A stretch of 64,000 nucleotides of DNA from Octopus vulgaris (lineage: Eukaryota). Both the position numbers and the translations under genes were made by a program. Below are positions 32,003 through 46,075 of this stretch, in pieces. The notes beneath the pieces are model-generated. The model did not search any database and had not been told where the DNA came from. It worked only from the letters and a program-made list of their open reading frames with translations. The DNA is taken from the NCBI GenBank assembly GCA_951406725.2, contig OX597842.1, positions 24,242,001-24,306,000 of the forward strand. Reading direction: 5' to 3'. Every line of letters begins with the position of its first letter. The first letter of the stretch is position 1.

Positions 32003-33307
32003 ATGAATCCTCAAGAGATGACAAAAGAAAGAGAAAAATTATCACACCAATGTGATATGTGTAAAAAGACTTTTTCTAATCAGGGAAATCTCACTGTTCA
32101 CAAATTCATTCATGCAGGGGGGAAACAATATGAATGTGATATTTGTGGTAAATCATTCTCACATATCAGTAGCCTTACCTCTCACAAATACAGTCATACA
32201 GGTGAGAAACCATATCAGTGTGATATTTGTGGTAAATCATTCTCTAATAAAAGTCACCTTACTAGACACAAATCCACTCATACAGGAAAGAAACCACATC
32301 ACTGTGATATTTGTGGAAAGACATTCTCCCAAAAAAGTCACCTTACTTCTCACAATTACATTCATACAGGAGAGAAACGGTATCGCTGTGATATTTGTGG
32401 AAAGTCATTCTCTCATAAGAGTACACTTACTTATCACAAATCCATTCACACAGGTGAGAAACCATATCAGTGTGATATTTGTGGTAAATCATTCTCTGAT
32501 AAAAGTAACTTTACTAGACACAAATCCATTCATACTGGAGAGAAACTGTATGAGTGTGATATTTGTGGAATATCATTCTCTCGGAAAATTCGCCTGACTT
32601 CTCACAAATACATTCATATAGGAGAAAGACTATATTGCTGTGATATTTGTGGTAAATCATTCTCTGAAAAGAGTGGCCTTATTTCTCACAAATTCATTCA
32701 TACAGGAGAGAAACCATATCGATGTGATATTTGTGGTAAATCATTCTCCCAGAAGCATAGACTTACTTCTCACAAATTCATTCATACAGGTGAGAAACCA
32801 TATCAGTGTGATATTTGTGGTAAATCATTCTCTCATAAGAGTAGCCTTACTTATCACAAATTCATTCATACAGGTGAGAAACCATATCAGTGTGATATTT
32901 GTGGTAAATCATTCTCTCAAAAATGTAACCTTGATTCTCACAAACACATTCATACAGGAGAGAAACCATATCAATGTGATATCTGTGGTAAATCATTCTC
33001 CCAGAAGCATAGCCTTACTTATCACAAATCCATTCATACTGGAGAGAAACCGTATGAGTGTGATATTTGTGGTAAATCATTGTCTTGCTTGCGCTCTTTA
33101 ACCTCTCATAAAAACATTCATACAGGAGAGAAACCATATCAGTGTCGTATTTGTGGTAAATCATTCTCCCATAAGCATAGCCTTACTTATCACAAATCCG
33201 TTCATACTGGAGAGAAACCGTATGAGTGTGATATTTGTGGTAAATCATTGTCTTGCTTGCGCTCTTTAACCTCTCATAAAAACATTCATACAGGAGAGAA
33301 ACCATAG
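32003..33307 (+). CDS. C2H2 zinc-finger protein D1, 434 aa, 15 fingers
   Basis: ATG at 32003, uninterrupted finger array, ends TGEKP-TAG. Acceptor at 31689-31690. Fingers 14-15 nearly duplicate fingers 12-13. Confidence 0.92.
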   Translation: MNPQEMTKEREKLSHQCDMCKKTFSNQGNLTVHKFIHAGGKQYECDICGKSFSHISSLTSHKYSHTGEKPYQCDICGKSFSNKSHLTRHKSTHTGKKPHHCDICGKTFSQKSHLTSHNYIHTGEKRYRCDICGKSFSHKSTLTYHKSIHTGEKPYQCDICGKSFSDKSNFTRHKSIHTGEKLYECDICGISFSRKIRLTSHKYIHIGERLYCCDICGKSFSEKSGLISHKFIHTGEKPYRCDICGKSFSQKHRLTSHKFIHTGEKPYQCDICGKSFSHKSSLTYHKFIHTGEKPYQCDICGKSFSQKCNLDSHKHIHTGEKPYQCDICGKSFSQKHSLTYHKSIHTGEKPYECDICGKSLSCLRSLTSHKNIHTGEKPYQCRICGKSFSHKHSLTYHKSVHTGEKPYECDICGKSLSCLRSLTSHKNIHTGEKP

Positions 33308-34574
33308 AACTGTAATATCTGCAGTAAATCATTCTAAGTCAGATCTTTTCCTTTTGAACGGCAGTTTTTAACAAAATTTCTAGTGAACTAAACACTTTAA
33401 AACTTTGTATACTGGTAGAATGTATCAAAATAAAACATTTTTTTCTCTTGGCTTTCTTGAGAAAATTGTAATTTATTTATTGAACGTAGTTTAATTTTTT
33501 GAATTTTAACCAATCGTATGCCCTCTATTGAGCTAAAATCATTTGCTGCATCTAAAACTGAGCCCTAACCCTAAATTTTGCCTCTTGTTTTTTTTGTTTT
33601 ATTGTTATCCTTAAATTAATTTAAGGATAACAATTAAGTAAAAAAAAACGAAAGCAAAAACTCAACCAATACAAAACGGTTAGGGTTAGGGGTGCGGGAA
33701 GGGTATCTTCTTTTCTTCGCAAATGTAAATAAACCCAATAAACATATTCATACAGCACAGTTTGATTTGACTCCAAATGGACGTATTTGATTGGTAAAAA
33801 TTGCCGAAATGCTCGATTTTAAAGTGGAAATGGGTTGATCGTAATCAGAATTCAATGTTGCATCGATAAACCAAAATTGAAAACGATCTAAGCAGAATTA
33901 ATGATGGGGAGGGATCATTTTGCAAATAAGAAAGACTATACCAAAACATTTTAAATCTAGTAGCTATACCATCCGACTCTTTTGCTGCAGAACAAGGATC
34001 TTTTCTGTTTGACCGGCAGTTTTTTACAATAGTTTCCACGTAACTAAACGCTTTTAAACTTCGTATACTGGTAGAATGTGTTTATAAAACATCTTTTTCT
34101 CTTGGCTTTATTGAGAAAATTCTGTAGTTTGTAAGATATTTGTTGGTTTTTTTTTCTGCAATTTCAACCAATCAGTGACATCTATTGAGGTGAAAACATT
34201 CTGTGCCGTATGAATATGTCCCTCGTTTAAGAAATAGATTGGGTTTATTTACGTTTCTGAAGAAAAAAAGATACTCCTAACCCTAACCCTAAAACAGATT
34301 GAAATGCAATAGATCGATACTAGGGTCATAATTGTGGGTGACAATTTCATATGATACCGCTAGAAAAAGCTGCCGTTCAAACGGAAAAGATCCGATGGGA
34401 GTAAGACACGCGTGTCTGTGCCCCACACCCACCACTATCTGTCAAGTCGTGTTGCTTTCTTTGACATTGTGGTTCGGTACGCGGAGGACGTAAAAGTAGC
34501 AATAAAAATGTCAGCTTCTAGCTTTGTATCATTTGTTATTATTTGCACTTTTTCTTACAATTCACATTTTCAAA

Positions 34575-34765
34575 AATTTACCACTTTACTTTTAGCATCA
34601 GACAAAAGTGTTATTAATACGGGAAGCACAATAACCGGATTCTTAATTCGTTTCGTAGACGTTCCGTGTCGGCTTTTCGATGTGTCTTTTTCGCTAGATC
34701 GCTTATTTGTGTAATTAAAAGTATTATAAAACACCGACTAATATATTATAAGAGTTAAGATGAAA
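34575..34765 (+). promoter_or_regulatory. Orphan C-type promoter module
   Basis: Copy of the 17080-17270 module. Its coding exon is deleted at the junction near 35002. Confidence 0.6.
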
Positions 34766-36483
34766 CACATATTTTCTTTTTAGTAAAAGCCTATGTATCT
34801 GTCTAATTGGAAACACCAGGCAGTTTTGAAAGTTTTAAATACTGCTTGTCTGAAATCGATATTAATTCTATTGTCCAGTAAACTTCGTAAATTATGCCTA
34901 GAAAATCTGGATTTTACTTGTGGCCACGAAAAAGCACCAGATTTTTAATTACAATTATTTTAATAAATACTTCATTATTTTAGTAGATATTTCAGTGTTT
35001 TCCGAGCATGATGTCCTTCTCCAGGGATTTTCTCCGCATAATATGCCAATCTATGCTTGGTTATCCCAGCTTCTAACGACATTTTCGGCCTTTTCTGCTT
35101 AAGAACTTCTCCATTGGTGAGCCTCGCTGTCCACGGAATCCGCAATTTGTTGATATTATTTAATTAAATATCAAGATACAGTGAATGGGAGACTTTTACA
35201 TTTAAATCGCCCGAAATTTCATCTAGTTGTAACTTCTCTCCGTTAATTAATCCTTCAAATTAGTGCTGAAAGAAGAAATAACGTTTGATTTCATGGTAGG
35301 GGTGAAACATCAGTGATATTAAAATGGCTCAGAGTTACTTCCCTTAGCATTAAACAGAAAGAAATGCCTTCAAACTTTATATTTCGTCTTTATTCCTCTT
35401 CGACCAGATCCAGCTGGAATAGCTCTCTGCTGTCTCTGATATTGCCTCTAGAGCATTGCTCATGTTCTTCCCAGAGACTGAGGGTTGTTGGATCTTTTCC
35501 TTTTGAACGGCACTTTGTAACATAATTTCTAGTTAACTAAACACTTTTAAACTTCGTATACTGGTAGAATGTGTTTATAAAACATCTTTTTCTCTTGGCT
35601 TTATTGAGAAAATTTTATAGTTTGTAACATATTTCGTCTTTAATTTCGAGCATTTCGGCAATTTTAACCAATCGCTGACCTCCATTGACGTAAGCAACAT
35701 TCCGTGCTGCATGAATATGTCCCTCGTTTAAGAAACAGTTTGGATGTTTTATAAACACTTTCTACCAGTATACGAAGTTTAGAAGTGTTTAGTTAACCAG
35801 AAATTGTCTGCTGTTCAAAAGGAAAATATCCGGGTTGTTTCTTTAAATTGTGAGGTGATTTGCCCACAAGATCTCTCGATCGAACTTCCATGGCTAGAAA
35901 CTTCACTCGGAAATTCTGTTCCTCCAACCTGACGTATTTTTCAATCTTCCACACGAGTGCTTCCCTTGTCCTCCTTTCAAAGCGCATTCTTTGTATCAAT
36001 ATATAGGGCAGGTACCACTTTTAGAAGCAGAAAATGATTTTAGCTCAATAGAGGGCATAGGATTGGTTAAAATTTGAAAAATTAAACTACGTTAAAATTA
36101 CAAATTACAATTTTCACAAGAAAGCCAAGAGAAAAAGATGTTTTATAAACACATTCTACCAGTATACGAAGTTTAAAACTTTTTAGTTACCTAGAAATTA
36201 TGTTAAAAAACTGCCGTTCAAAAGGAAAAGATCCGAATGTTGTTGTTCCCACCAACACCGCTATTGTTTACATTAATTTGAAATTTGCCAGCAAAATCTC
36301 ATAAAATGGCAATGTTCTATAAGTTGTACAAGCTTATATGCTTTATATGAAAATAAAGAAGTTAAATATGTTACGTGACTCCGGCGTAACCGTAACGGCC
36401 AAAAACGGGTGGTGTGGCTATTTGTTACATTGGCCCAATTCACATTTTCAAAAATTTATTATAGTTATAAAAAAATATTAACA

Positions 36484-36680
36484 GTTTACCACCTTAATTT
36501 CAGCATCAGACAAAAGTGAGTAAATACGAAGCGCACAACAACCGGATTGTTAGTTCGTTTCGTTGACTTTCCGTGTCGGCTTTTCTATGTGTCTTCCTGT
36601 AATATTTCCCGCTCGTTCGAGTGTTGTAATTAAAAATATTTCTTATAAAACAGCGACTAAATTATCATCAGAGGTAAGTT
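36484..36680 (+). promoter_or_regulatory. Promoter / exon 1 module (D2)
   Basis: Near-copy of the D1 module; donor GAG|GTAAGT at 36674. Confidence 0.68.
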
Positions 36681-38633
36681 GTAATACATATTTTCTTTTT
36701 AGTAAAAACCTATGTATCTGGCTAATTGGAAAATCCAGACAGTATTGATAGTTTTAAATAATACTAGTCTGAAATCAATATTAATTCTATTGTCCAGTAA
36801 AGCACCTGGTTTTTAATTTCAATTATTTTGGTAGATAATCCATTTGCTGGTTGTGTCCATTCAAAGCTGTTTGTTGTTTTATCACAGATGTATCATTTGC
36901 TAAACATCTGTATTTGCTGTTTATTCTGTCAAAATGATACACGTTAATAATTCTGTCCATTTCAGCTTCTCAGAATAAATAATCTGCAACATCATAAAAC
37001 ATCAATAGCTAACTGAAACATGTGGCCAGTGATAGCACTATGATAAAAAGCAGATACAGCCTTTTGTAGACAGAATCGGCAAATGTCATAAACTGGCGAT
37101 GGGTACTACTCTAGAAGAGCGGTCCCGGTGTGCGCACTCGCGCTTGTTAGTCGTGACTAGTCGATCCTTACCTTGTGTTTTTGTTTTATTTCCTTAGTTT
37201 AAGGAAAAAGAAATTATTTACGAAAGAATATGAAAACTAAAAGAATATATCACACACATTTTATTTGATTTGTGTAAAAAAATCATATACATTGTTCTAA
37301 GAAATAATTTATTTACTTTCTTTAAAAAATTCTTTTATTTTATTCTATAAAATCAACTCATTTGCATACGTGCAAGTCGTTATAGGATCGGCTACTTACG
37401 ACTATCTAGCGTGTACCGGGTCCAGTCTCCGCTAGTAGTACCTGTGTTTTTGTGTTTTATTTACTTTGTTTTAAAAAGAAAGGCGATCTTACGGTATAAG
37501 TACCGGTGTACTGCCGGAAGTACTGGATACATTTCAAAAAAGTGTTTTTTTTATAGGGTTTCTGTTATCTTCAGAAATGTAAACAAAGTCACGTGTGTAC
37601 CTATACCGAAGGATCGCCATTCTGTCCTGGCTCTACTCTTCATACGTCAATTCACAGAACACTTTCTCTAAATTAGTGACCACACCTTCAACATATGTGA
37701 GTGCAGTTGACATTCTAGAAATAAACAATCACATCATTGAAACCTCAAAGCCATAAGATAATGCATGATTAATTCAAAACAATTTGAGTGAAAAAGAATT
37801 ACATTTAACAGAATAATCTGAACACTAAAGGGATAATGTTTTACATAATATCTGAAGGAAGAGGAACTGAAGTCCATCTATATGTAGACATTACACAAGG
37901 TTGTATCATATAATTTTAATAACAAAATAAATTTCAAAGACCACACCCTTTTGTTACTAACCCGGCCAAAACGGGCTCTGGTTCTGTGGTAAAATGTCTT
38001 GTTTTCATAAGTTTTGAATTAAAATCTTCCACCAAACCTTAGTTACAATTTATGTTCCTAACACTAGTTGAATGATAACTAAGTTCTTTATTATATTTAA
38101 AATAATTGAAAGAAACACACTGAATCTCAAAAGAAATATGGTAACAAAAGGGTTACCATATTATAAATTACCATAAATAAATTTCAAAGACAAATTAAAG
38201 GATTATATCCACAGTTTATCATTTTGAAGATGTAGTTATATTTTTTTATAGTTGAATCTCTGCTTTTTAAGTCTTTCCTATATCTTCTGTTTCTGTGTCA
38301 TTTCAGGAGGTGAAATGTTAGTGATACTTCATGAATATTGATCATCTAATGGAAGATGTTATAAATATTTGACATAACTCTGTTTATACGATTTGTCTAT
38401 GGTGGAAAACTGTGAAATATTTCTTCTGAATTAATGGCAACATTTGTTTCCATCATTGCCTGGAATATTTGCTAAAGTATTTCACATTCTGTTTGGAGCG
38501 GGAGATATCTGCAAAGGTGTTTGTATCATCTTCAGATTTTGATGAAGATCAGAACTGCTGGAAATATAAGCAATAGAAATATATAAAAAAGGAAGCAAAA
38601 TTATATTTTGTGCTTGTATACTATAGAACAATA

Positions 38634-40142
38634 ATGAATCCTCAAGAGATGACAAAAGAAAGAAAAAAGTTATCATACCGATGTGATATCTGTAAAAAGA
38701 CTTTTTCTAATAAGGGAAATCTCACTGTTCACAAATTCATTCATGCAGGGGGTAAACAATATCATTGTGATATTTGTGGTAAATCATTCTCTCATATCAG
38801 TAGCCTTACCTCTCACAAATACAGTCATACAGGAGAGAAACCATATCAGTGTGATATTTGTGGTAAATCATTCTCTGATAAAAGTAACCTTACTAGACAC
38901 AAATTCACTCATACAGGAGAGAAACCTTATCACTGTGATATTTGTGGTAAATCATTTCCTAATAGGAGTAGCCTTACTTCTCACAAATTCATTCATACAG
39001 GGGAGAAACCATATCACTGTGATATCTGTGGTAAATCATTCTCTCAGAAAATTCACCTGACTTCTCACAAATCCACTCATACAGGGGAGAAACCTTATCA
39101 CTGTGATATCTGTGGAAAATCATTCTCTCGGAAAATTCACCTGACTTCTCACAAATACATTCATTCAGGAGAGAAACCATATCACTGTGATATTTGTGGT
39201 AAATCATTCTCTCAGAAAATTCACCTTACTAGACACAAATCCACTCATACAGGAGAGAAACCTGTTCACAAATTCATTCATGCAGGTAGGAAGCCATATC
39301 ACTGTGATGTCTGTGGAAAGACATTCTCCCAAAAAAGTCACCTTACCTCTCACAAATCCATTCATACAGGAGAGAAACCATATGAATGTGATGTCTGTGG
39401 AAAATCATTCTCTCAGAAAATTCACCTGACTTCTCCCAAACACATTCATACAGGAGAGAAACCATATGAATGTGATATTTGTGGTAAATCATTCTCTCAT
39501 AAGAGTAGCCTTACTTATCACAAATCCATTCACACAGGTGAGAAACCATATCGGTGTGATATTTGTGGTAAATCATTCTCTGATAAAAGTAACCTTTCTT
39601 GTCACAAATATATTCATACAGGAGAGAGACCATATCAGTGTGATATTTGTGGTAAATCATTCTCCCATAAGCACAGCCTTACTTCTCACAAACACATTCA
39701 TACAGGAGAGAAACCATATGAATGTGATATTTGTGGTAAATCATTCTCTCATAAGAGTAGCCTTATTTCTCACAAATACATTCATACAGGAGAGAAACCA
39801 CATCACTGTGATATTTGTGGTAAATCATTCTCTGATAAAAGTCACCTTTCTACTCACAAATACATTCATACAGGAGAGAAACCAGATCAGTGTGATATTT
39901 GTGGTAAATCATTCTCCCATAAGCACAGCCTTACTTCTCACATATCCATTCATACAGGAGAAAAACCTTATCACTGTGATATTTGTGGTAAATCATTCTC
40001 TCAGAGAAGTAACCTTACTAGACACAAATCCATTCATACAGGAGAGAAACCACATCACTGTGATATTTGTGGTAAATCATTCTCTCAGAAGAGAGGTCTT
40101 ACTAAACACAAATCCATTCATACAGGAGAGAAACCTCATTAA
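38634..40142 (+). CDS. C2H2 zinc-finger protein D2; 17 fingers plus a half finger, with 3 more in-frame fingers beyond the TAA
   Basis: ATG at 38634, TAA at 40140-40142. The frame continues with intact fingers to TAG at 40389-40391. Acceptor at 38305-38306. Confidence 0.88.
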   Translation: MNPQEMTKERKKLSYRCDICKKTFSNKGNLTVHKFIHAGGKQYHCDICGKSFSHISSLTSHKYSHTGEKPYQCDICGKSFSDKSNLTRHKFTHTGEKPYHCDICGKSFPNRSSLTSHKFIHTGEKPYHCDICGKSFSQKIHLTSHKSTHTGEKPYHCDICGKSFSRKIHLTSHKYIHSGEKPYHCDICGKSFSQKIHLTRHKSTHTGEKPVHKFIHAGRKPYHCDVCGKTFSQKSHLTSHKSIHTGEKPYECDVCGKSFSQKIHLTSPKHIHTGEKPYECDICGKSFSHKSSLTYHKSIHTGEKPYRCDICGKSFSDKSNLSCHKYIHTGERPYQCDICGKSFSHKHSLTSHKHIHTGEKPYECDICGKSFSHKSSLISHKYIHTGEKPHHCDICGKSFSDKSHLSTHKYIHTGEKPDQCDICGKSFSHKHSLTSHISIHTGEKPYHCDICGKSFSQRSNLTRHKSIHTGEKPHHCDICGKSFSQKRGLTKHKSIHTGEKPH

Positions 40143-40388
<246 letters not shown>

Positions 40389-40424
40389 TAGCACTGTAAT
40401 ATCTGCAGTAAATCATTCTAAGCC

Positions 40425-41066
40425 GGATCTTTTCCTCTTGAACGGCAGTTTTCAACACAATTTCTAGTTAACTAAACACTTTAAAACTTCATATACTGGT
40501 AGAATGTATCAAAATAAAACCTTTTTTTTTCTTGAGAAAATTGTAATCTGTTTGTTTAACGTAGTTTAATTTTTAGAATTTTAACCAATCAATGGCCTCT
40601 ATTGAGCTAAAATCATTTGCTGCGTCTAAAACTGAGACAACATCCTGTCACTAACCCTAAATTTTAGCCTTTTGTTTTTTTTTCTTAATTGTTACGCGTG
40701 TGTCTAAAATTATTTGTTTTGTTTTTGTTTAGTTTTTGCTTTTGTTTTAGCCTTTCATTTCTTTTTTCTTAATTGTTATCCTTAAATTAATTTAACAATT
40801 AAGAAAAAAAAAGCCGAAAGGCTAAAATTTAAGGTTAGGGTTAGTCTCAGTTTTAGACGCAGCAAATGATTTTAGCTCAATAGAGGCCATTGATTGGTTA
40901 AAATTCGAAAAATTGAACTACGTTAAACAAACAAATTACAATTTTCTCAAGAAAGCCAAGAGAAAGAAACGTTTTCTTTTCACACATTCTACCAGTATAC
41001 GAAGTTTAAAAGTGTTTAGTTAACTAGAAATTGTGTTGAAAACTGCCGTTCAAAAGAAAAAGATCA
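40425..41066. mobile_element. Palindromic GGATCTTTTC-family MITE directly after D2
   Basis: Long inverted arms; starts 34 bp after TAG 40391. Degraded counterpart at 33341-33830. Confidence 0.85.
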
Positions 41067-44000
41067 GGTATTTCTCCTGCATCTGTCTTACCAGAAAAAT
41101 ATAGCATCAGTGGTGCTTTTCCTTGGCATGAACCCAAACTGCATCTCATCTAAACTGACTCTCTCCCTAATTAGTTGATAATTATTTACTTTGTGTGAAA
41201 AAATTATTTACCTTGTTTTAAAAAAATAAAATTATTTGATATGCAGCCTTTAAATACATACCATAAATCTTCGAGTGTAGTCCGCCCTTGAGTCTAATAC
41301 TCAAGGGAATTTTTAGGGGGCTGTACCTCTGAAAAACCTAAACCTTGAGTATAATATGCACCCCTTCTCTAACCTGAGTCAAGGAGGTCTATATAACGTC
41401 CTTGGTTTGTAAAAATGTATATGGTAACGTCCTTTATTATTATTGTATATATAACATAATGCAAACGTGTAGCTTTTTTGTGTATTTTGTTTGCAGAAAA
41501 TAAAGAAATAACAGTAATAACGTTTAATAAATGTTGCTTACTGCAAGTTATGGATGATTCTTTTATGACTTCATTGTTTTCAGGCTTAGCTTAAGGTATT
41601 TTCACGCCGACATCACAAAATGCTTCTGAATAAACATTGCCGGAGAGCAAATAGAGACTCGGACATTGCTTAGAAAATAATTTTCATTTTAACCTCATAT
41701 ATAATCCGCACCTGGGATTTTGACCTTTAAATTTTTTTGGGGGGAAATGTGGATTATACTCGAAGATTTACAGTACGTGCTTTGCACATGCACGCATCTA
41801 TTAATTTGCATACGTGCACTCGCGCCAGGTAGTCGTAGGATTGACTAGTCACAACTAGGTAGCGTGATGGCGTGCAGCGGGACCACTTTTCGTAATTAGT
41901 ACTCAGCGTCTGTAACCAGTCAAGTCGTGGGTCACTCTGGTAATTAATATATATATAACAATTATGGGTGGTTTTACGTTTTCCACAATGATATGTACTA
42001 CCAGGGTGCCACCAATCGTATTGAATATGAGAAGCCTGTTTTTCCTGAGATGTATATTAACATGCAGCCATCTGTACTTCGTACAAGTTTGCGCTGATCT
42101 TTTCCTTTTGAACAGCATATGTCAACACAATTTATAGTTAACTAAACACTTTTAAACTTCGTATACTGGTAGAATGTGTTTATAAAACATCATTTTTCTT
42201 GGCTTTATTGAGAAAATTCTATAGTTTGTAACATATTTCCACTTTAAAATCGAGCATTTTGGCAATTTTAACCAATGAAATACGTCCATTTGGAGTCAAA
42301 ACATTCTGTGCTGTATGAATGTGTCTTCGTTTAAGAAACAGAGTGGGTTTATTTACATTTGCGAAGAAAAAAAGATACCCTTCCCCCACCCCTAACCATA
42401 ACTCTAAACCTAACCCTAAAATAGATTGAAATGCAAAGATCGATACTAGGGTTATAATTATGGGTGACAGTTTCATACGACACCGCTACAGAAAATGGGA
42501 TTTTTTTCTAGCGGTGTCAAATGAAAATGTCACCCATAATTATAACCCTAGTATCGATCTTTGCATTTCAATCTATTTTAAGGTTAGGGGTGGGGGAAGG
42601 GTATCTTTATCGTACCACTACTGCATAAATCTCTATGAGATACTTAGAAATGTATTGGTTCTTTTCGGTTTGAACGGCAGTTTTTCTAGCAGTGTCATAT
42701 GAAATTGTGACCCTAGTATCGATCTATTGCATTTCAATCTCTTTTAGGGTTAGGGGTTGGGGGAAGGATATCTTTCAGTTACCTAGAAATTATGTTAAAA
42801 AGTGCCGTTCAAACCGAAAAGACCTACATACTCTGTTGTTGATGATGAAATTCCAATGAAGGATCCTTGGATTTAGGTTAGAAATTGGCTCTTTCTCTAT
42901 TGGCAAGTAATTTTGAATTAAAACTGAACAATGGCATACATATATACATACGTACGTACATACATGCAGACTGTAGCAACGAAGCTAAGATACACAGAGT
43001 GAAGCCACTTGGGAAAGATTGACACTAAACTCTGCTGTGCATTCACACTAAGTGTTAACATTCTAGCTCTCTGCTGCTGTTTGCAGCAATGTTTGGAAGG
43101 AAGATGTGTAGCGTGTAATTGTCACATTGAGCATGATAGAAAGTTGAGCAGAGAATCTGCATCAGATTTTGCCTAAATCAGGGCAATACCTGCTCAGAGG
43201 CCCACACGAATTTTCATCCTTCTCGACACAATCAAGGGAATCTTGTATAACTTATTTCTTTATTACCCACAAGGGGCAAAACACCCAAAGGAAAGACGCA
43301 TGGGTTTAGTCCGTTATATCGACCCCAGTGCGTAACTTTCGACCCCGAAAGGATGAAAGGCAAAGTCAACCTCGGCGGAATTGGAACTCAGAACGTGATG
43401 GCAGACACAATACGTATTTCTTTACTACCCACAAGGGGTTAAGCAGAGGGGACGAACAAGGACAGACAAACAGAGTAAGTCGATTACATCGATCCCAGAG
43501 CGTAACTGGTACTTATTTAATCGACCATGAAAGGCAAAGTCGACCTCGGTGGAATTTGAACTCAGAAGATAGTGGCAGATGAAATACGGCTACGCATTTC
43601 GCCCAGCATGCTAACGTTTCTGCCAGCTCGCCGCCTTGTATAACTAAAACCTGAGTGTCCCCTGGCGGTCAGACAGGAAAGCAAAATGAAAATGGGATTT
43701 AACAAGAGTAATCTCCCTCGACCTTCTTAAATACTTTAGAAGCTTCCTATAAACTTCCAGATGACATAGCAGTCAGGGACTTCTGGTTTATCCCTAATAT
43801 AAAGCAGAACATTCTAATTTTGTGCCACCCTTGCGTTGACTCCTAGACATGCATTGACTCAGGTCATGCACATACACACCCGCAAGTGCATGTGTTCGCC
43901 TTATTTTGCTTTGAGACGTGGTCCCAAAATATGTTCATGTGATGTTACAAGCTTTTCCTTCAATTAACCTTATATGTCAACGCATTACCTCTGGATCTTG

Positions 44001-44690
44001 CCTGAGTAGGGTTTCCTCTCCAAAGACCTTCCGCTGTTCAGCTCTCTTGAGAATTTCCTACCATTGTCTTATTTTAACATTTCATCAGTGACTGGGAAAT
44101 ATATTTCCTTCACACTCTTTCTCTCACATGGTTACCATCTACTCAATGGCTCCATCGCATATTCACTAGATAACCACCATCATTAGCATTTAATGAACAA
44201 ACTTATCCCTTCGTTTATCTCTCATCACTGTATCTTAGCATCTAACACCAAGTATTTTGTATATTAAATAATATCAACAAATTATATAACTTCAAAACAA
44301 ACATTTATTGTAGATCAGTTTGGAGAAATGTGTAACTTTTATCATACATTGATCAAGTGTGAATTCTATGCTGTATCATCAATTGTATAGGCTCATAAGG
44401 GACACATTTGGATACGGTTGCCAAATTAGAAAATCATATATACGGGACACTTTTAAAATCTCTCTCTATATATATATTTATACATGCCTACACACCCAAC
44501 ATAATATATAAAAGCAGAGAGATAAGTTAAAAAGATAATGCAATTATTTTAATGGGTTATGAGGTCAAAATTATTTAATACAAGCTAAAGAAATAATAAA
44601 TTCTATTTAAGTGAAATAATTTGAAAATATTTCTTTAATACAGACAACAGAGAAATAAGCAAACAATATCTTGTATAATGTGTACATATA

Positions 44691-45040
44691 GGCGTAGGAG
44701 TGGCTGTGTGGTTAGTAGCTTGCTTACCAACCACATGGTCCCAGGTTCAGTCTCACTGTGTAGCACTTTGGACGAGTGTCTTCTACTATAGCCTCGGGCC
44801 GACCAAAGCCTTGTGAGTGGATTTGGTAGACGGAAACTGAAAGAAGCCCATCGTATATATGTATGTTTGTGTGTCTGTGTTTGTCCCCCTAGCATTGCTT
44901 GACAACCGATGCTGAGGTGCTTTTGTCCCCGTCACTTAGCGGTTCCACAAAAGAGACCAATAGAATAAGTCCTGGGTCTATTTGCTCAACTAAAGGCGGT
45001 GCTCCAGCATGGCCACTGTCAAATGCCTGAAACATGTAAA
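44691..45040 (+). mobile_element. tRNA-derived CORE-like SINE (family 1)
   Basis: GGCGTAGGAGTGGCTGTGTGGT head; GCACCTTGGGCAAGTG CORE-like segment is clearest in the 62037 copy. Copies at 24765-25160(-), 61652-62030, 62037-62440, 15250-15470 and 55040-55210(-). Confidence 0.8.
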
Positions 45041-45064
45041 ATAGATAGGTTCCCCTATTTCCTT

Positions 45065-46075
45065 TCATGTATCCATATTTATTATTGAAATATCACTTCC
45101 AGTATCGAACTGAAGTTTAATATTTATTCCAATCATTTTTACGTGTACAAATTTTCTTATTTGGGAGTCGAATTTTGTTTCTGTTGAGAGCCCTCTAGGA
45201 TCTTTAATGGTTGATCTTCAGAATTTAGTTCTGCAGTGTGAATTTCTGTATTTTCAGTTGTTGTAAGGCCTTGTACAAAAAGAAGACACCTGAACATCTC
45301 AGGTGTAAATTCTCTGAGTTTAAAAATATTCACACATTCTGTTAATTGTTCCTGCGTATGTGATAAAATCACCATCCTCTTTTTTCATTATATTCCAAAA
45401 CACCATCCAAGTGTTAGAGAAGTTTTATCACCGAATATGTTAGACAGTAATTCCATTGTTTCTTTAAAACAAATTTCATTGAGTTTTTTTGGGTAATATG
45501 AAATTAAAGTAATGTTCATACTCAGATGGGGCTCATTTGTGTCATAATAACCTTACTTTTTCTGTGTCTGACCATGTCTTACAATCATCCTTAAAAATTA
45601 CCTGCTGTAGTACAATGCAACAGTTATACCGTCCTCTGGGTTATAACTGGATTCATTGAGTCCAAAACGTTGTCTGGCAAAAATGTACTTCCCTTATTTT
45701 TGGACTTCTTTGAATAAAGCTCCAATAATTGTTGTTGTTGCTGCCTTTGTCGTTGATTTTTCAACAGTTTTATAGAAGCTAATTAGTCTTCCATGATTTA
45801 ACAATTTTTTATCACAAAAATTTGTTAACTGACCTGCAGGAGCTTCGAAACCCTCATCGCCAGATGTTGTAACATAATTATTCCGTACAATAAATAAGAT
45901 AACCAGAAAATTGTAACAACAATCTAATGAACCAACAAATCTTTTACGAACCGACATTCAATATTCCTTAGGAAGTAAACCAAGCGACACCTTCCGACTT
46001 CACTTGACTCTGAACCGCAAACCCACTCAGATCGTTACTATTTATACTTTACTCGAACCAATCTATCTCTCACAA
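45065..46075 (-). mobile_element. Ty3/Gypsy relic: LTR, PBS, gag and protease
   Basis: Minus strand shows ..ACAACA-TC-TGGCGATGAGG (LTR end and PBS-like site), FRCLLFVQGL and the protease motif LQFDTGSDISII. Copies at 6187-6712 (truncated) and 61500-63850. Confidence 0.72.

Noticed and set aside
32003-33307. 84-bp periodic repeats resembling a CRISPR-like repeat-spacer array
   Set aside because: The period equals one 28-aa finger and is fully explained by coding sequence; the context is eukaryotic with no cas genes.
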